Origin: Escherichia phage EcWhh-1
Length of the DNA: 64,000 bases
Sequence record: MH791409.1
Strand: one strand, 5' to 3'
This document shows, in pieces, positions 8,996 through 16,479 of the stretch. The notes below the pieces were generated by a model. That model saw only the letters and a program-made list of their open reading frames with translations, had not been told where the DNA came from and did no database searches. Made by a program: the position numbers and the translations under genes. How positions within the stretch are numbered: position 1 is the stretch's first letter; each line of letters opens with the position of its first letter.

Positions 8996-9035
8996 GATAT
9001 TTTTCTCATCTTACGGACGATTAGTTGATAGGTCT

Positions 9036-9064
9036 ATAGTATCATGTTGCTTGATAAAGTAAAC
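9036..9064 (-). promoter_or_regulatory. early-type promoter
   Basis: GTTTAC (9064-9059), 17 nt, TACTAT (9041-9036), leader AGACCTATCAAC. Confidence 0.6.
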
Positions 9065-9068
9065 ACTT

Positions 9069-9096
9069 TTTTGCTTTAAATTTTCAACGGTATAAT
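9069..9096 (+). promoter_or_regulatory. consensus MotA-type middle promoter on the plus strand (antisense to modA)
   Basis: Plus strand: ttTTGCTTTA (9069-9078), 12 nt, TATAAT (9091-9096). It points into the 3' end of the minus-strand ART genes. No credible plus-strand ORF follows. Confidence 0.4.
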
Positions 9097-9133
9097 GAAT
9101 CAAGGACTTTGCCTTTCAATTAAACCGGGTGGT

Positions 9134-9748
9134 TCAGTAAGAAAGAACGGAAAGATTCCAAATGGTGTAATTATTCCATTTAGGATTTCTCTCAATAGAG
9201 TCTACGCGCAGCGTAGTTCCCGCAGGGAACATCATCTCATCTTCATCATTAATTAATTGTAAGTTTGCTACACGTGTAGATTCAGGAAATGCGCCTGGGA
9301 ACTCTTCAGGGGGCGCAGCACATAACATTTTAAAGATTTCTTCCTGATAATTGTACACAAATGGCGCATCATTAATACAAAAGATATTAAATGTGCCGTA
9401 GAAGTTATAAGATGCGAAATTCCTTGCTACGTTGAAGTCTTTAGAGAAGCTCATCACACGGTCGAATTCAATTACCGCACCCACACACATTGTGGACTCT
9501 AGATACTTCAGGGTCTTTTTAGATATACCGCGATAGAGCTTATCAGGCACTACAGAAGTCAGGTTCTTACGAATAATTTTGTTCAGAGTTTCCTGGATAG
9601 AATCAGGTTTATTTTCCATACACTGCCAGAGCGTGCTCTGTTCTAAATCAGAATACACCTCATCAATTTCTATCTGAGTATTCTCACGGAAATCATCGCA
9701 TTTGGCATTGTTGATAAATTCTGCTAATTTATGGCTTGGATATAACAT
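9134..9748 (-). CDS. modA: ModA/ModB-family ADP-ribosyltransferase
   Basis: 204 aa. R-S-E triad: LYRGIS, MSFSKD, NDEDEMMFPAG. The A versus B label comes from gene order only. Confidence 0.7.
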   Translation of the reverse strand: MLYPSHKLAEFINNAKCDDFRENTQIEIDEVYSDLEQSTLWQCMENKPDSIQETLNKIIRKNLTSVVPDKLYRGISKKTLKYLESTMCVGAVIEFDRVMSFSKDFNVARNFASYNFYGTFNIFCINDAPFVYNYQEEIFKMLCAAPPEEFPGAFPESTRVANLQLINDEDEMMFPAGTTLRVDSIERNPKWNNYTIWNLSVLSY

Positions 9749-9773
9749 ATTATTCTCCTCAGTTGATAGAAAG

Positions 9774-9803
9774 ATAGTAACATAAGCATCCTTGCCTGTA
9801 AAC
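9774..9803 (-). promoter_or_regulatory. early-type promoter
   Basis: GTTTAC (9803-9798), 18 nt, TACTAT (9779-9774), GAGGAG SD. Confidence 0.55.
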
Positions 9804-10372
9804 TAAAAATCTAACATTTTTAAATGAATTGTTTTATACTCGATTTCGTATGGATCCCTTTTGACGGTTTCGATTGCAACAATCTCAAATCGCGATAGAC
9901 TAGAGACCATGAACTCACATTCAGTTTCAACCATATCATAGAGGTCGATACGAGATTCATCTATTTCAAGCTCATCCACATTCCCTGCAAGAACAAGGTC
10001 GATAGCATGATTGTAGTAGTCGAAAATGAACGGTGCATTCCTGAGACTTAAAATGGTTTTGGTTCCATACTCCCATGCCCCTGCGAACTGACGAGCCTGA
10101 GAGTATTGTGTACTAAAAGAAGTAACTCGACCAGGAGACCATTGACACCCTACTGAAAGGAGCTCTAATTGCTCAAGTTCTCTGGTGGTAATCCCACGAT
10201 ACAACTCTACTGGAACCGCTGAAGTAACATGCTTGCGAACCAGTTTGTCGAGGTCGTAATGGAAGTTAGGGTCTTTTTTGGCGTCCAGACATTTCTCTAA
10301 CAACGCTTGTTCAGATTTTGAAAATTTAGAATTGATTCGGTCTTGATAAAGACATTTTTGTTCGATGTTCAT
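9803..10372 (-). CDS. modB: ModA/ModB-family ADP-ribosyltransferase
   Basis: 189 aa. LYRGIT, TSFSTQ, ETECEFMV (R-S-E). Paralogue of the adjacent gene. The label comes from gene order only. Confidence 0.7.
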   Translation of the reverse strand: MNIEQKCLYQDRINSKFSKSEQALLEKCLDAKKDPNFHYDLDKLVRKHVTSAVPVELYRGITTRELEQLELLSVGCQWSPGRVTSFSTQYSQARQFAGAWEYGTKTILSLRNAPFIFDYYNHAIDLVLAGNVDELEIDESRIDLYDMVETECEFMVSSLSRFEIVAIETVKRDPYEIEYKTIHLKMLDF

Positions 10373-10396
10373 ATGACCTCCAGTGATTTAGAGGTC

Positions 10397-10425
10397 ATTA
10401 TAACATGAAGGGAGGGGGTGTAAAC
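10397..10425 (-). promoter_or_regulatory. early-type promoter
   Basis: GTTTAC (10425-10420), 17 nt, TATAAT (10402-10397) with TGt. Confidence 0.6.
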
Positions 10426-10658
10426 TACTTAAACACACCAAGTGGGACGCCAAACACTGCAATGTCGGCAGCCATGCCTAATGAGGATTGGGTATATGAA
10501 GTATAGGAGCTTTTTGATTCATAAGAGCTTTTTGTTTCTGGCTTCTCAGCTTCAATCTTAGGAGCTTTTGCCTGAATATTTTTTTGCTCGGTTTCCTTAC
10601 GAGCTTGTTTACGGTCGATATCCAACGCCGATGTAGGTATATTAGTTAGCCAATTCAT
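10425..10658 (-). CDS. hypothetical protein, 77 aa, Ser/Tyr-rich with hydrophobic tail
   Basis: The track start is TTG. ATG 10658 is TAATG-coupled to the upstream stop. Contains KSSYESKSSYTSYTQSS, then AADIAVFGVPLGVF. Confidence 0.5.
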   Translation of the reverse strand: MNWLTNIPTSALDIDRKQARKETEQKNIQAKAPKIEAEKPETKSSYESKSSYTSYTQSSLGMAADIAVFGVPLGVFK

Positions 10659-10846
10659 TATTTTACCCAAGGGGCCCAAGGTGGAGGGTCTTGATAGTAA
10701 GAAGCTAGGTCACTAAGGACCTCTTTAGGCAACTTAAAACCGTGCTTCTGTATAATCATATCAAGTTCGTTGACAAGGTCAACAGGCGGCTCCTGAGTTG
10801 TTTCAGGCTCAGGGTCCGGAATGACAAACATATCAAATAAGTCCAT
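10658..10846 (-). CDS. hypothetical protein, 62 aa
   Basis: TAATG coupling to the upstream gene at 10846. Acidic and Pro-rich. Confidence 0.5.
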   Translation of the reverse strand: MDLFDMFVIPDPEPETTQEPPVDLVNELDMIIQKHGFKLPKEVLSDLASYYQDPPPWAPWVK

Positions 10847-11337
10847 TAGTAACCACCGATAGGACCATAACCATACATACGAGCTCGTAACTTAGCATCA
10901 CGAATAGCTTCTTCGGTCGGGGTAAAACGCAAACCAATATCAAAGTGTTTCCAAATCTGACATTCTACCTCCGTCAGGTCTTCGACGGTAGAAATCAGAT
11001 AAGTACGACCTTTAAGACGTTCAGTAGCCATTCTATCTCTATCTTTATAGAAAATATCCATTGTTCCATCGGCATACGGGTCTGCCGGGTAACGATAGCC
11101 TTTGATATGCAAGGCTTGAGCCACACTAAAAGGGCACCCCTCAGCGACATCAACATTTTTGTTATGGTAAGCCTTCATCAGAATATTTTCTGGCAGCTTA
11201 ATATCTTTTAATCTTGTTTCTAACTGGGTTATAGAATTCATACCATTGTCGACAAAGATAAGACACGCCGTAGCATCATAAGGACGCGTTTGGCCTGATG
11301 AATCACGTACATGGAATTCGAGTTCATAGACTTTCAT
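10846..11337 (-). CDS. hypothetical protein, 163 aa (T4 mrh-like size and position)
   Basis: Coding-strand ORF. Any name would rest on synteny and size only. Confidence 0.5.
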   Translation of the reverse strand: MKVYELEFHVRDSSGQTRPYDATACLIFVDNGMNSITQLETRLKDIKLPENILMKAYHNKNVDVAEGCPFSVAQALHIKGYRYPADPYADGTMDIFYKDRDRMATERLKGRTYLISTVEDLTEVECQIWKHFDIGLRFTPTEEAIRDAKLRARMYGYGPIGGY

Positions 11338-11491
11338 TATGTTTTCCTCTTTTTAGTTTACCTACTAAAGGACCATCCGGAATTTTATTTTCCTGGATGT
11401 ATTTCTCGTTTTCTTCCATCATTTTACTACCAATTTTAAGAAGCAAATCCATTGCCTCTTTAGTACGTGCTTCAGCTTCTTCAATAGTCAT
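11324..11491 (-). CDS. hypothetical small protein, 55 aa
   Basis: Below cutoff. ATGA overlap with the upstream stop (11488-11491). The 3' end overlaps the next start. [31 protein letters not shown]... Confidence 0.45.
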   Translation of the reverse strand: MTIEEAEARTKEAMDLLLKIGSKMMEENEKYIQENKIPDGPLVGKLKRGKHNESL

Positions 11492-11688
11492 GATTTATCC
11501 CCATAGATATCACGCATAATCCTAAGGGCCTCGCGTTCTAATTTCTTTTCGCGTTCGTCACGGATGCCTTTAAGAATCCATTCCTCTGATTCACGTTTCA
11601 TTTCTGCATTAGCTTGGTCTAACCAACCGTCATCAAGATAATCACCGGGACGGTCTAGCCAATCTTTAAGCCATGATAAAGGTTTCAT
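11488..11688 (-). CDS. hypothetical protein, 66 aa
   Basis: TAATG coupling at 11688. Charged and helical. Confidence 0.5.
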   Translation of the reverse strand: MKPLSWLKDWLDRPGDYLDDGWLDQANAEMKRESEEWILKGIRDEREKKLEREALRIMRDIYGDKS

Positions 11689-12023
11689 TAATCACACGAG
11701 CCGGACGATGAGTCACAGCTTCCTGAGTCAGAATAAGACGAATCGCCGGTCCAAGAACTAACGGCAGCCGCTACTACAATAGGAGTGGTATCAATATAAT
11801 TTTGCCTTTGCGCTCGCTCGTCTTTTAATTTTTCTAAACGGGCTTTTAATTCGTCGGCATTTAAGCTCGAAGCGTGAGACCCAACATTGCCTGCTTTTTC
11901 AGGCTGACGGATAACTTCTTCCATCATACCGTCGCCTACATAAACATATTCCTTCGGGCCTGAGATAGGAACTACACCTTCGCCAGGAGTGGTCTTGAAA
12001 AAATTCTTAAGCCACTGAATCAT
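11688..12023 (-). CDS. hypothetical protein, 111 aa, Ser/Cys-rich C-terminus
   Basis: Tail VSSWTGDSSYSDSGSCDSSSGSCD. 4-nt overlap with the upstream gene. Confidence 0.5.
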   Translation of the reverse strand: MIQWLKNFFKTTPGEGVVPISGPKEYVYVGDGMMEEVIRQPEKAGNVGSHASSLNADELKARLEKLKDERAQRQNYIDTTPIVVAAAVSSWTGDSSYSDSGSCDSSSGSCD

Positions 12024-12229
12024 AGGAAACCTCGTTTAAATTCAACTTTATCAATATCATCAGTCTCGTGACGGATTTCGGCGTTAAATTCGATAGAACC
12101 GTCTTCATGCATCATAAATGAATGGACAATAACTTCGGTATACCAAGGAGTATAGAAATACTTTTTCAATACGTGATTAGCGATAATTTCATCCAAAGTT
12201 TTATTTGGTTTAATCCAACGATTTAACAT
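12020..12229 (-). CDS. hypothetical protein, 69 aa
   Basis: Start moved to ATG 12229 (GAGGAG SD). The longer track ORF would run through its own promoter. Confidence 0.5.
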   Translation of the reverse strand: MLNRWIKPNKTLDEIIANHVLKKYFYTPWYTEVIVHSFMMHEDGSIEFNAEIRHETDDIDKVEFKRGFL

Positions 12230-12255
12230 AGTGTTCTCCTCTATAAGATACATCT

Positions 12256-12285
12256 ATCTTAACATGGCCTACTCGTAAAGTAAAC
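12256..12285 (-). promoter_or_regulatory. early-type promoter (weak -10)
   Basis: GTTTAC (12285-12280), 18 nt, TAAGAT (12261-12256). Lies directly downstream of the soc terminator. Confidence 0.4.
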
Positions 12286-12295
12286 TACTAAAACG

Positions 12296-12319
12296 AAAAA
12301 AGGAACCCGAAGGTTCCTT
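12296..12319 (-). terminator. rho-independent terminator after soc
   Basis: AAGGAACC-UUCG-GGUUCCUU followed by a U-run on the minus strand. Confidence 0.75.
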
Positions 12320-12323
12320 ATAA

Positions 12324-12557
12324 TTAAACAATATCGGTAGGCGTAAACATCGCCGCGTTCTTAGTTCGCCAATCGGCTGCATCAGTCACTACAGTAGTAT
12401 AGGCTGCAACGGCCGAAGGGAAAGTCTGATAATGAGCATTAGCAATACGATGCTCATTTGAATAGATTTCAAACGGAACTGAAACCTCAGTACCTTTAAC
12501 TTCTTTACCTTCACCAGCTGGATGCGTAAAGGTTTTGATATTAACGAAACCACCCAT
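12324..12557 (-). CDS. soc: small outer capsid protein Soc
   Basis: 77 aa. GFVNIKTF...ANAHYQTFPS... matches T4 and RB69 Soc as I recall them. An exact late promoter lies upstream. Confidence 0.9.
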   Translation of the reverse strand: MGGFVNIKTFTHPAGEGKEVKGTEVSVPFEIYSNEHRIANAHYQTFPSAVAAYTTVVTDAADWRTKNAAMFTPTDIV

Positions 12558-12588
12558 AATTAACTCCTTTGTTGTTTAATTACAGGTG

Positions 12589-12596
12589 TATTTATA
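12589..12596 (-). promoter_or_regulatory. late promoter TATAAATA for soc
   Basis: Exact TATAAATA on the minus strand, 31 nt upstream of ATG 12557 and just after the gene 56 stop. Confidence 0.7.
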
Positions 12597-12598
12597 AC

Positions 12599-13120
12599 TT
12601 AATAACCTCGGTCTTGACGAGCAAAGTTCTCGGCATTTTTCAGGTAATACAGTTTAAAGATTTCTTCAGCGGTCAGTCCAAGACCCTGGAACATATTCAG
12701 AACAAAGTGCAGAATATCAATCATTTCGAATTTAATTTCGAGCTGGTCTTCAGGAGACAAATCGTTAATCAGGGTTTCACGACGTTCAGCATGTTGAGCT
12801 TTCCAAGGCTTCCATACTGCAGATGCATCTTTTTCACCATTGCTCATACCACCAAGAGAAGTCAGAAGTTCACGGAATTCGTCATCAATATAATCTTTCT
12901 GGTTGCGAAGCCAATCGACAACTTCACCCGCAGTGGCCAAATCATCAGGATGACGATTATATTCAGGCTTATCTTTAGCTAAACGAACCTGCAAAGATTT
13001 CTGCATATCAAGCATAACCTGCAGAGGGTCTTTATCTTCGTGAATCAGAGCATTAAAATAAGCTTCTTCAGCTTTATCGGCACCGGCAATCAGTTGAGAA
13101 CATTCATTAAAATGAGCCAT
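12599..13120 (-). CDS. 56: dCTPase-dUTPase (dCTP pyrophosphatase)
   Basis: Start at ATG 13120 (MAHFNE, AAGGAAA SD). Strongly similar to T4 gp56 (PLQVMLDMQ, IDDEFRELLTSLG, EIFKLYYLKNAENFARQDRGY). Confidence 0.93.
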   Translation of the reverse strand: MAHFNECSQLIAGADKAEEAYFNALIHEDKDPLQVMLDMQKSLQVRLAKDKPEYNRHPDDLATAGEVVDWLRNQKDYIDDEFRELLTSLGGMSNGEKDASAVWKPWKAQHAERRETLINDLSPEDQLEIKFEMIDILHFVLNMFQGLGLTAEEIFKLYYLKNAENFARQDRGY

Positions 13121-13161
13121 TATATTTTTCCTTATCAATTCATTTGTTAGTAAGTTAGATA

Positions 13162-13187
13162 ATTATAAACTGCTAGATTAAAGCGAA
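13162..13187 (-). promoter_or_regulatory. MotA-type middle promoter for gene 56
   Basis: ttCGCTTTA (13187-13179), 11 nt, TATAAT (13167-13162). Confidence 0.45.
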
Positions 13188-13214
13188 TAAATATTAATTT
13201 AACAGGAGGATAAC

Positions 13215-13415
13215 ATGGGTAGTATTTTTTACCAAATCTGGAAATTGGCTGAAAAGAAAGACAAGAAAATGATGTTAGGTTTTCTTGCGCTAGACGTATT
13301 CCTTTGGAATCTTTTAGTAGTTCCTGTAGCCGCTAGCCAAGGGGTAATTTTACCAGCGGTTACAATGGAACACGTATTAAGCATAATTGGATTCTTTAGC
13401 GGAGTTCCTGTCTAA
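13215..13415 (+). CDS. hypothetical membrane protein, 66 aa (only credible plus-strand gene)
   Basis: AGGAGG SD 5 nt before ATG 13215. Sits in the 56-61 intergenic gap. Hydrophobic (LGFLALDVFLWNLLVVPVAA). AATAAATA late-like box at 13186-13193. Confidence 0.5.
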   Translation: MGSIFYQIWKLAEKKDKKMMLGFLALDVFLWNLLVVPVAASQGVILPAVTMEHVLSIIGFFSGVPV

Positions 13416-14440
13416 ATTTTAGAATATTTTGAAAGCCTCATTTTTGCCATTAACCCTTGGGCTATATTAGCTTTCATATACGCCAATATATCATTTATAT
13501 CAGCTTTATCTTTCATAACCATATCATTTATATCTTTAGAAGGCCATGGAGCCTTGTCCCAGAATAGGACCCTTTCGCCGGCATCAACTAATCGTTGCAT
13601 ACGCTTAATTGTGTCAGGATGACGGGGTTCATTGTCCATTACCCAAGCACGAGTTTCTTTACATGGAACCATAGCCAAGTCCAACGACCCACCAGTAATT
13701 GCTATTGCATTAGGTACGAATAATGAATCAATAGGACCTTCCATTACCCACACCAATTGACGTTCGTCAACTGTATCCATTCCATATATTTTTGTAGCTT
13801 GGTCATGAGCTTTTATTGTAATATATTTTTGTGGAGCATCTTTACGCAAGGCTCGGCCCTGAAAACTTTCAATTTGTTTATTCTTATTGAAAATTGGAAT
13901 AACCAAACGTGGTTCAGGCATTTCTTTGGAATAGGTCCCCGGATTAACAGAATTCACCAATGCAGGCCATTCTTTAGTAAACCATAACCGATTCCATTTA
14001 TTTTCAGGAATGCACCGCAGAGTTACATACTTAATAATAGGATGGTCCTTAGGCATTCTATCTAATCGTTCACAGAAATTAAGCTTTTCGATGACAGGCA
14101 TCTTAGCTTTAATTTTTTCAGATATCTCCACCTTAGGTGCAGCTTGTCTCCCAAACGATTGCTCTTTATGTTTCTCAAGAATATATTCGCGATATAAATC
14201 AGGCTCATATTCGTATAGGTACTTCTTAATTCCTGCCGAATAATCACAGTTAAAACAGTGTAGCATTACAGAGCCGTCATTGGCCGGATAGGCCCAGAAT
14301 CGAGCTTTGTTCTCATCCTTTTGGGAGTCGCCACATACACGACAACGACAGTTTAATTTAAAATCACTACCAGTTACTTGTCTGAATTTAGGTTGGTAAT
14401 TCAAGGCACGTACAGCAAATTCTCTATCGACATATGACAT
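13412..14440 (-). CDS. 61: DNA primase
   Basis: 342 aa. N-terminal Zn ribbon CRCRVCGDS...CFNC and a Toprim core. Same length and synteny as T4 gp61. Confidence 0.93.
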   Translation of the reverse strand: MSYVDREFAVRALNYQPKFRQVTGSDFKLNCRCRVCGDSQKDENKARFWAYPANDGSVMLHCFNCDYSAGIKKYLYEYEPDLYREYILEKHKEQSFGRQAAPKVEISEKIKAKMPVIEKLNFCERLDRMPKDHPIIKYVTLRCIPENKWNRLWFTKEWPALVNSVNPGTYSKEMPEPRLVIPIFNKNKQIESFQGRALRKDAPQKYITIKAHDQATKIYGMDTVDERQLVWVMEGPIDSLFVPNAIAITGGSLDLAMVPCKETRAWVMDNEPRHPDTIKRMQRLVDAGERVLFWDKAPWPSKDINDMVMKDKADINDILAYMKANIAQGLMAKMRLSKYSKI

Positions 14441-14478
14441 TATTTTTCCTTGGGCTCTAAATTAATAGAGCCATTATA

Positions 14479-14640
14479 TCATTCGTTTTCGGATTTTTCT
14501 TTACGCTTTTTGGATGGGATTTGTTCAGGCCCTTTGTTGACGACTGCACCTGAGGTAGTTCCGGAGGCAATATTAGATGGGTTTCCACCTGCATCGCCTG
14601 CGACCATATCTTCGTTCATAACTTCTTTAAAAGATTTCAT
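14479..14640 (-). CDS. hypothetical small protein, 53 aa, late-promoter driven
   Basis: Below cutoff. Exact TATAAATA, then AGGAG, then ATG 14640. MKSFKEVMNEDMVAGDAGGNPSNIASGTTSGAVVNKGPEQIPSKKRKEKSENE. Confidence 0.5.
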   Translation of the reverse strand: MKSFKEVMNEDMVAGDAGGNPSNIASGTTSGAVVNKGPEQIPSKKRKEKSENE

Positions 14641-14653
14641 AGGCTCCTGGCCT

Positions 14654-14661
14654 TATTTATA
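14654..14661 (-). promoter_or_regulatory. late promoter TATAAATA
   Basis: Exact minus-strand TATAAATA overlapping the stop of the upstream ORF, 13 nt before ATG 14640. Confidence 0.55.
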
Positions 14662-14848
14662 TTACGAAAATAGCTTTGTCACCGTTGGCGTCAGTGACTT
14701 CGTACGTATCTTCGTGGTAAAGTGGGATAATCCAGGTCACACCATCATCAGCAATAACATGGATAGCTTCTTGGTCTTTTGATACGATTTCATATTCTTC
14801 GAACAACTCGAATACAGAAATCTTAGAGCCCGTACACATTGCACTCAT
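14657..14848 (-). CDS. hypothetical protein, 63 aa
   Basis: AAGGGAAC SD. Acidic. Confidence 0.5.
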   Translation of the reverse strand: MSAMCTGSKISVFELFEEYEIVSKDQEAIHVIADDGVTWIIPLYHEDTYEVTDANGDKAIFVI

Positions 14849-15044
14849 ATTGTTCCCTTCTTTTAATCAGTTGACGATGGGCCTTTTTAAGTTTACGAAG
14901 CTGGCGCTTAGTTGGCCGTGCAACATAAGCTTGAGTAGTTACTCGTCCAAAAACACCATACTTAGGTGAAGGAGAATCAATAAAGACTTCCCACTGGCAG
15001 GAGTAACCATATACCGCTTTAGAGAATTGAGTTAAAACAAACAT
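14823..15044 (-). CDS. RPTKRQ-motif small basic protein, 73 aa
   Basis: ARPTKRQLRKLKKAHR motif shared with 15866-16129 and 40002-40187. Confidence 0.55.
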   Translation of the reverse strand: MFVLTQFSKAVYGYSCQWEVFIDSPSPKYGVFGRVTTQAYVARPTKRQLRKLKKAHRQLIKRREQYECNVYGL

Positions 15045-15045
15045 A

Positions 15046-15486
15046 TCAACCTCGATTCATAAAGGCATTAAAAATCTGGTCGTCAATTGAATAAACCGGA
15101 GCTTCCAGAATTTTCAACAGGCTATTTTTGATATACTTGCTAGGGATATCCATATTAACGCAGTCGTTCAATTCATTGTCCGGGAGGATATCTTTAAATT
15201 CGAATCCTTCAAATTCAACCTTGTCAGGAAAACCATCAGCGAAAAAATAAACCAATTGGTGTATTGTATTGCGCGAAAATAATTTAGACTTAACAGCAAT
15301 AAGTTCTTGCCAGTGGTTTAATTCTCTATTAAGAAGTTTATGGGCAAATACAATCCTATCATCGCTATCAACAATAAAATAACCCAGGTATTGATGGTCG
15401 TCGCTCCAATACATTCTGTATGCCTGGGCATTTGGATTTTTACAACGAAGTTTTTTGATAACCAAATTTCTGTTAATCTTATTCAC
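15046..15486 (-). CDS. hypothetical protein, 146 aa
   Basis: GTG start at 15486 with a GAGGTG SD. Overlaps the sp stop by 8 nt. Confidence 0.5.
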   Translation of the reverse strand: MNKINRNLVIKKLRCKNPNAQAYRMYWSDDHQYLGYFIVDSDDRIVFAHKLLNRELNHWQELIAVKSKLFSRNTIHQLVYFFADGFPDKVEFEGFEFKDILPDNELNDCVNMDIPSKYIKNSLLKILEAPVYSIDDQIFNAFMNRG

Positions 15487-15772
15487 CTGTCACCTCTTTA
15501 ACGATATTTTTGTTATCGAAATTAGCATCACAGTACAGAACATAGTTATACTGCATAACACCGCTAGAAGCCAATTGGTCAGATACTTCTTTAACCATAT
15601 CAGGACGGTCACGTTTAGTGATGTTCATGATATCGGCATAAATCTGATGCTCAACTGCTTCTTGATCGGCAGTCATAGACCACTCACAAAGGTCTGCGTC
15701 ATAACCGGCCGTTACCGGAGCCGTGCCACATGATGCTACTGTAAGGATTGCTGCGATTAATAACTTTTTCAT
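15479..15772 (-). CDS. sp: Spackle periplasmic protein (superinfection exclusion / lysozyme inhibitor)
   Basis: Start at ATG 15772 (MKKLLIAAILTVASC). AGYDADLCEWSMTADQ...VMQYNYVLYCDANFDNKNI closely matches T4 Sp. Confidence 0.88.
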   Translation of the reverse strand: MKKLLIAAILTVASCGTAPVTAGYDADLCEWSMTADQEAVEHQIYADIMNITKRDRPDMVKEVSDQLASSGVMQYNYVLYCDANFDNKNIVKEVTGE

Positions 15773-15800
15773 TTTTAACTCCTCGTTAGTTGATAGGTCC

Positions 15801-15830
15801 ATAGTATCATTACCATAGACCATTGTAAAC
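15801..15830 (-). promoter_or_regulatory. early-type promoter
   Basis: GTTTAC (15830-15825), 18 nt, TACTAT (15806-15801). Confidence 0.55.
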
Positions 15831-15865
15831 ACTTATTTTACTTTAGCGTAATCTAAAGTTACTAA

Positions 15866-16129
15866 CTATGATTCCATTATCAGACGACGTTGACGACGGA
15901 GAACCTCACCGCCGACATAAGCACGAAAAGCTTTTTTGCACTGACGAATCTGGCGCTTAGTAGGACGAACAGTAAATTCGTAGAACTCTACAAAATCCAT
16001 TTCACCTTTAGTTTCCTGAGAAAGGACAAGTTCCCAGCGACTGTTAATACGATCTGCATAAATCTTATGCTTACCGAAAGACCGGTCCCAAAAGCCACTT
16101 TTAACAGGCTTCATAATTTGGATATTCAT
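15866..16129 (-). CDS. RPTKRQ-motif small basic protein, 87 aa
   Basis: Start at ATG 16129 (GAGGAA SD). VRPTKRQIRQCKKAFR motif. Confidence 0.55.
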   Translation of the reverse strand: MNIQIMKPVKSGFWDRSFGKHKIYADRINSRWELVLSQETKGEMDFVEFYEFTVRPTKRQIRQCKKAFRAYVGGEVLRRQRRLIMES

Positions 16130-16130
16130 T

Positions 16131-16271
16131 TTATTCCTCGTCTTCATGTTTATGAGCAATTTCTTCGAATTCACTGTCACAGTCTAAACAGGTTGCGTTG
16201 TCCCAAGCATCAAATACCGCTTGCTCTTCACAAACTGAACAGCCGCACACTACACATTCTACTTCTTCCAT
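16131..16271 (-). CDS. Cys-rich zinc-ribbon micro-protein, 46 aa
   Basis: Below cutoff. TAA-ATG junction with the dmd stop. GAGGAA SD. MEEVECVVCGCSVCEEQ...CLDCDSEF. Confidence 0.45.
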   Translation of the reverse strand: MEEVECVVCGCSVCEEQAVFDAWDNATCLDCDSEFEEIAHKHEDEE

Positions 16272-16478
16272 TTAGATTTCCTCAATGCGGGCATCATATT
16301 CAAAAACTTTATTGTCATTAACAAAGGCTTTCACCAGCGCATTATTCACTTCTGCATACTGCACCGTAACCCATTCAATCATATTTTGGTCACTAACATC
16401 CAGCGCAGTTTCTTTGGTAAACATATTACCATTTTCAAACCAACCAATAAACACTACGATCTCTTCTAATTTACGCAT
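16272..16478 (-). CDS. dmd: Dmd antitoxin (inhibitor of RnlA/LsoA RNases)
   Basis: Start at ATG 16478. VVFIGWFENGNMFTKE...VQYAEVNNALVKAFVNDNKV matches T4 Dmd. Lies just downstream of 41 as in T4. Confidence 0.85.
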   Translation of the reverse strand: MRKLEEIVVFIGWFENGNMFTKETALDVSDQNMIEWVTVQYAEVNNALVKAFVNDNKVFEYDARIEEI

Positions 16479-16479
16479 T

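Noticed and set aside
9001-9064. The recurring GATAGGTCTATAGTATCATG...GTAAAC element was considered as a MITE-like dispersed repeat or a phage att/pac-type site.
   Set aside because: Its orientation is always the same as the genes. It has fixed -35/-10 spacing and is always 35-45 nt upstream of an SD-ATG. It is therefore best explained as T4-type early promoters with a conserved leader.
9091-9252. A 53-codon plus-strand ORF (MNQGLCLSIKPGG...) downstream of the plus-strand MotA-type promoter.
   Set aside because: Its ATG lies inside the -10 hexamer, it has no SD, and it mirrors modA. The promoter is reported, but the ORF is not called.
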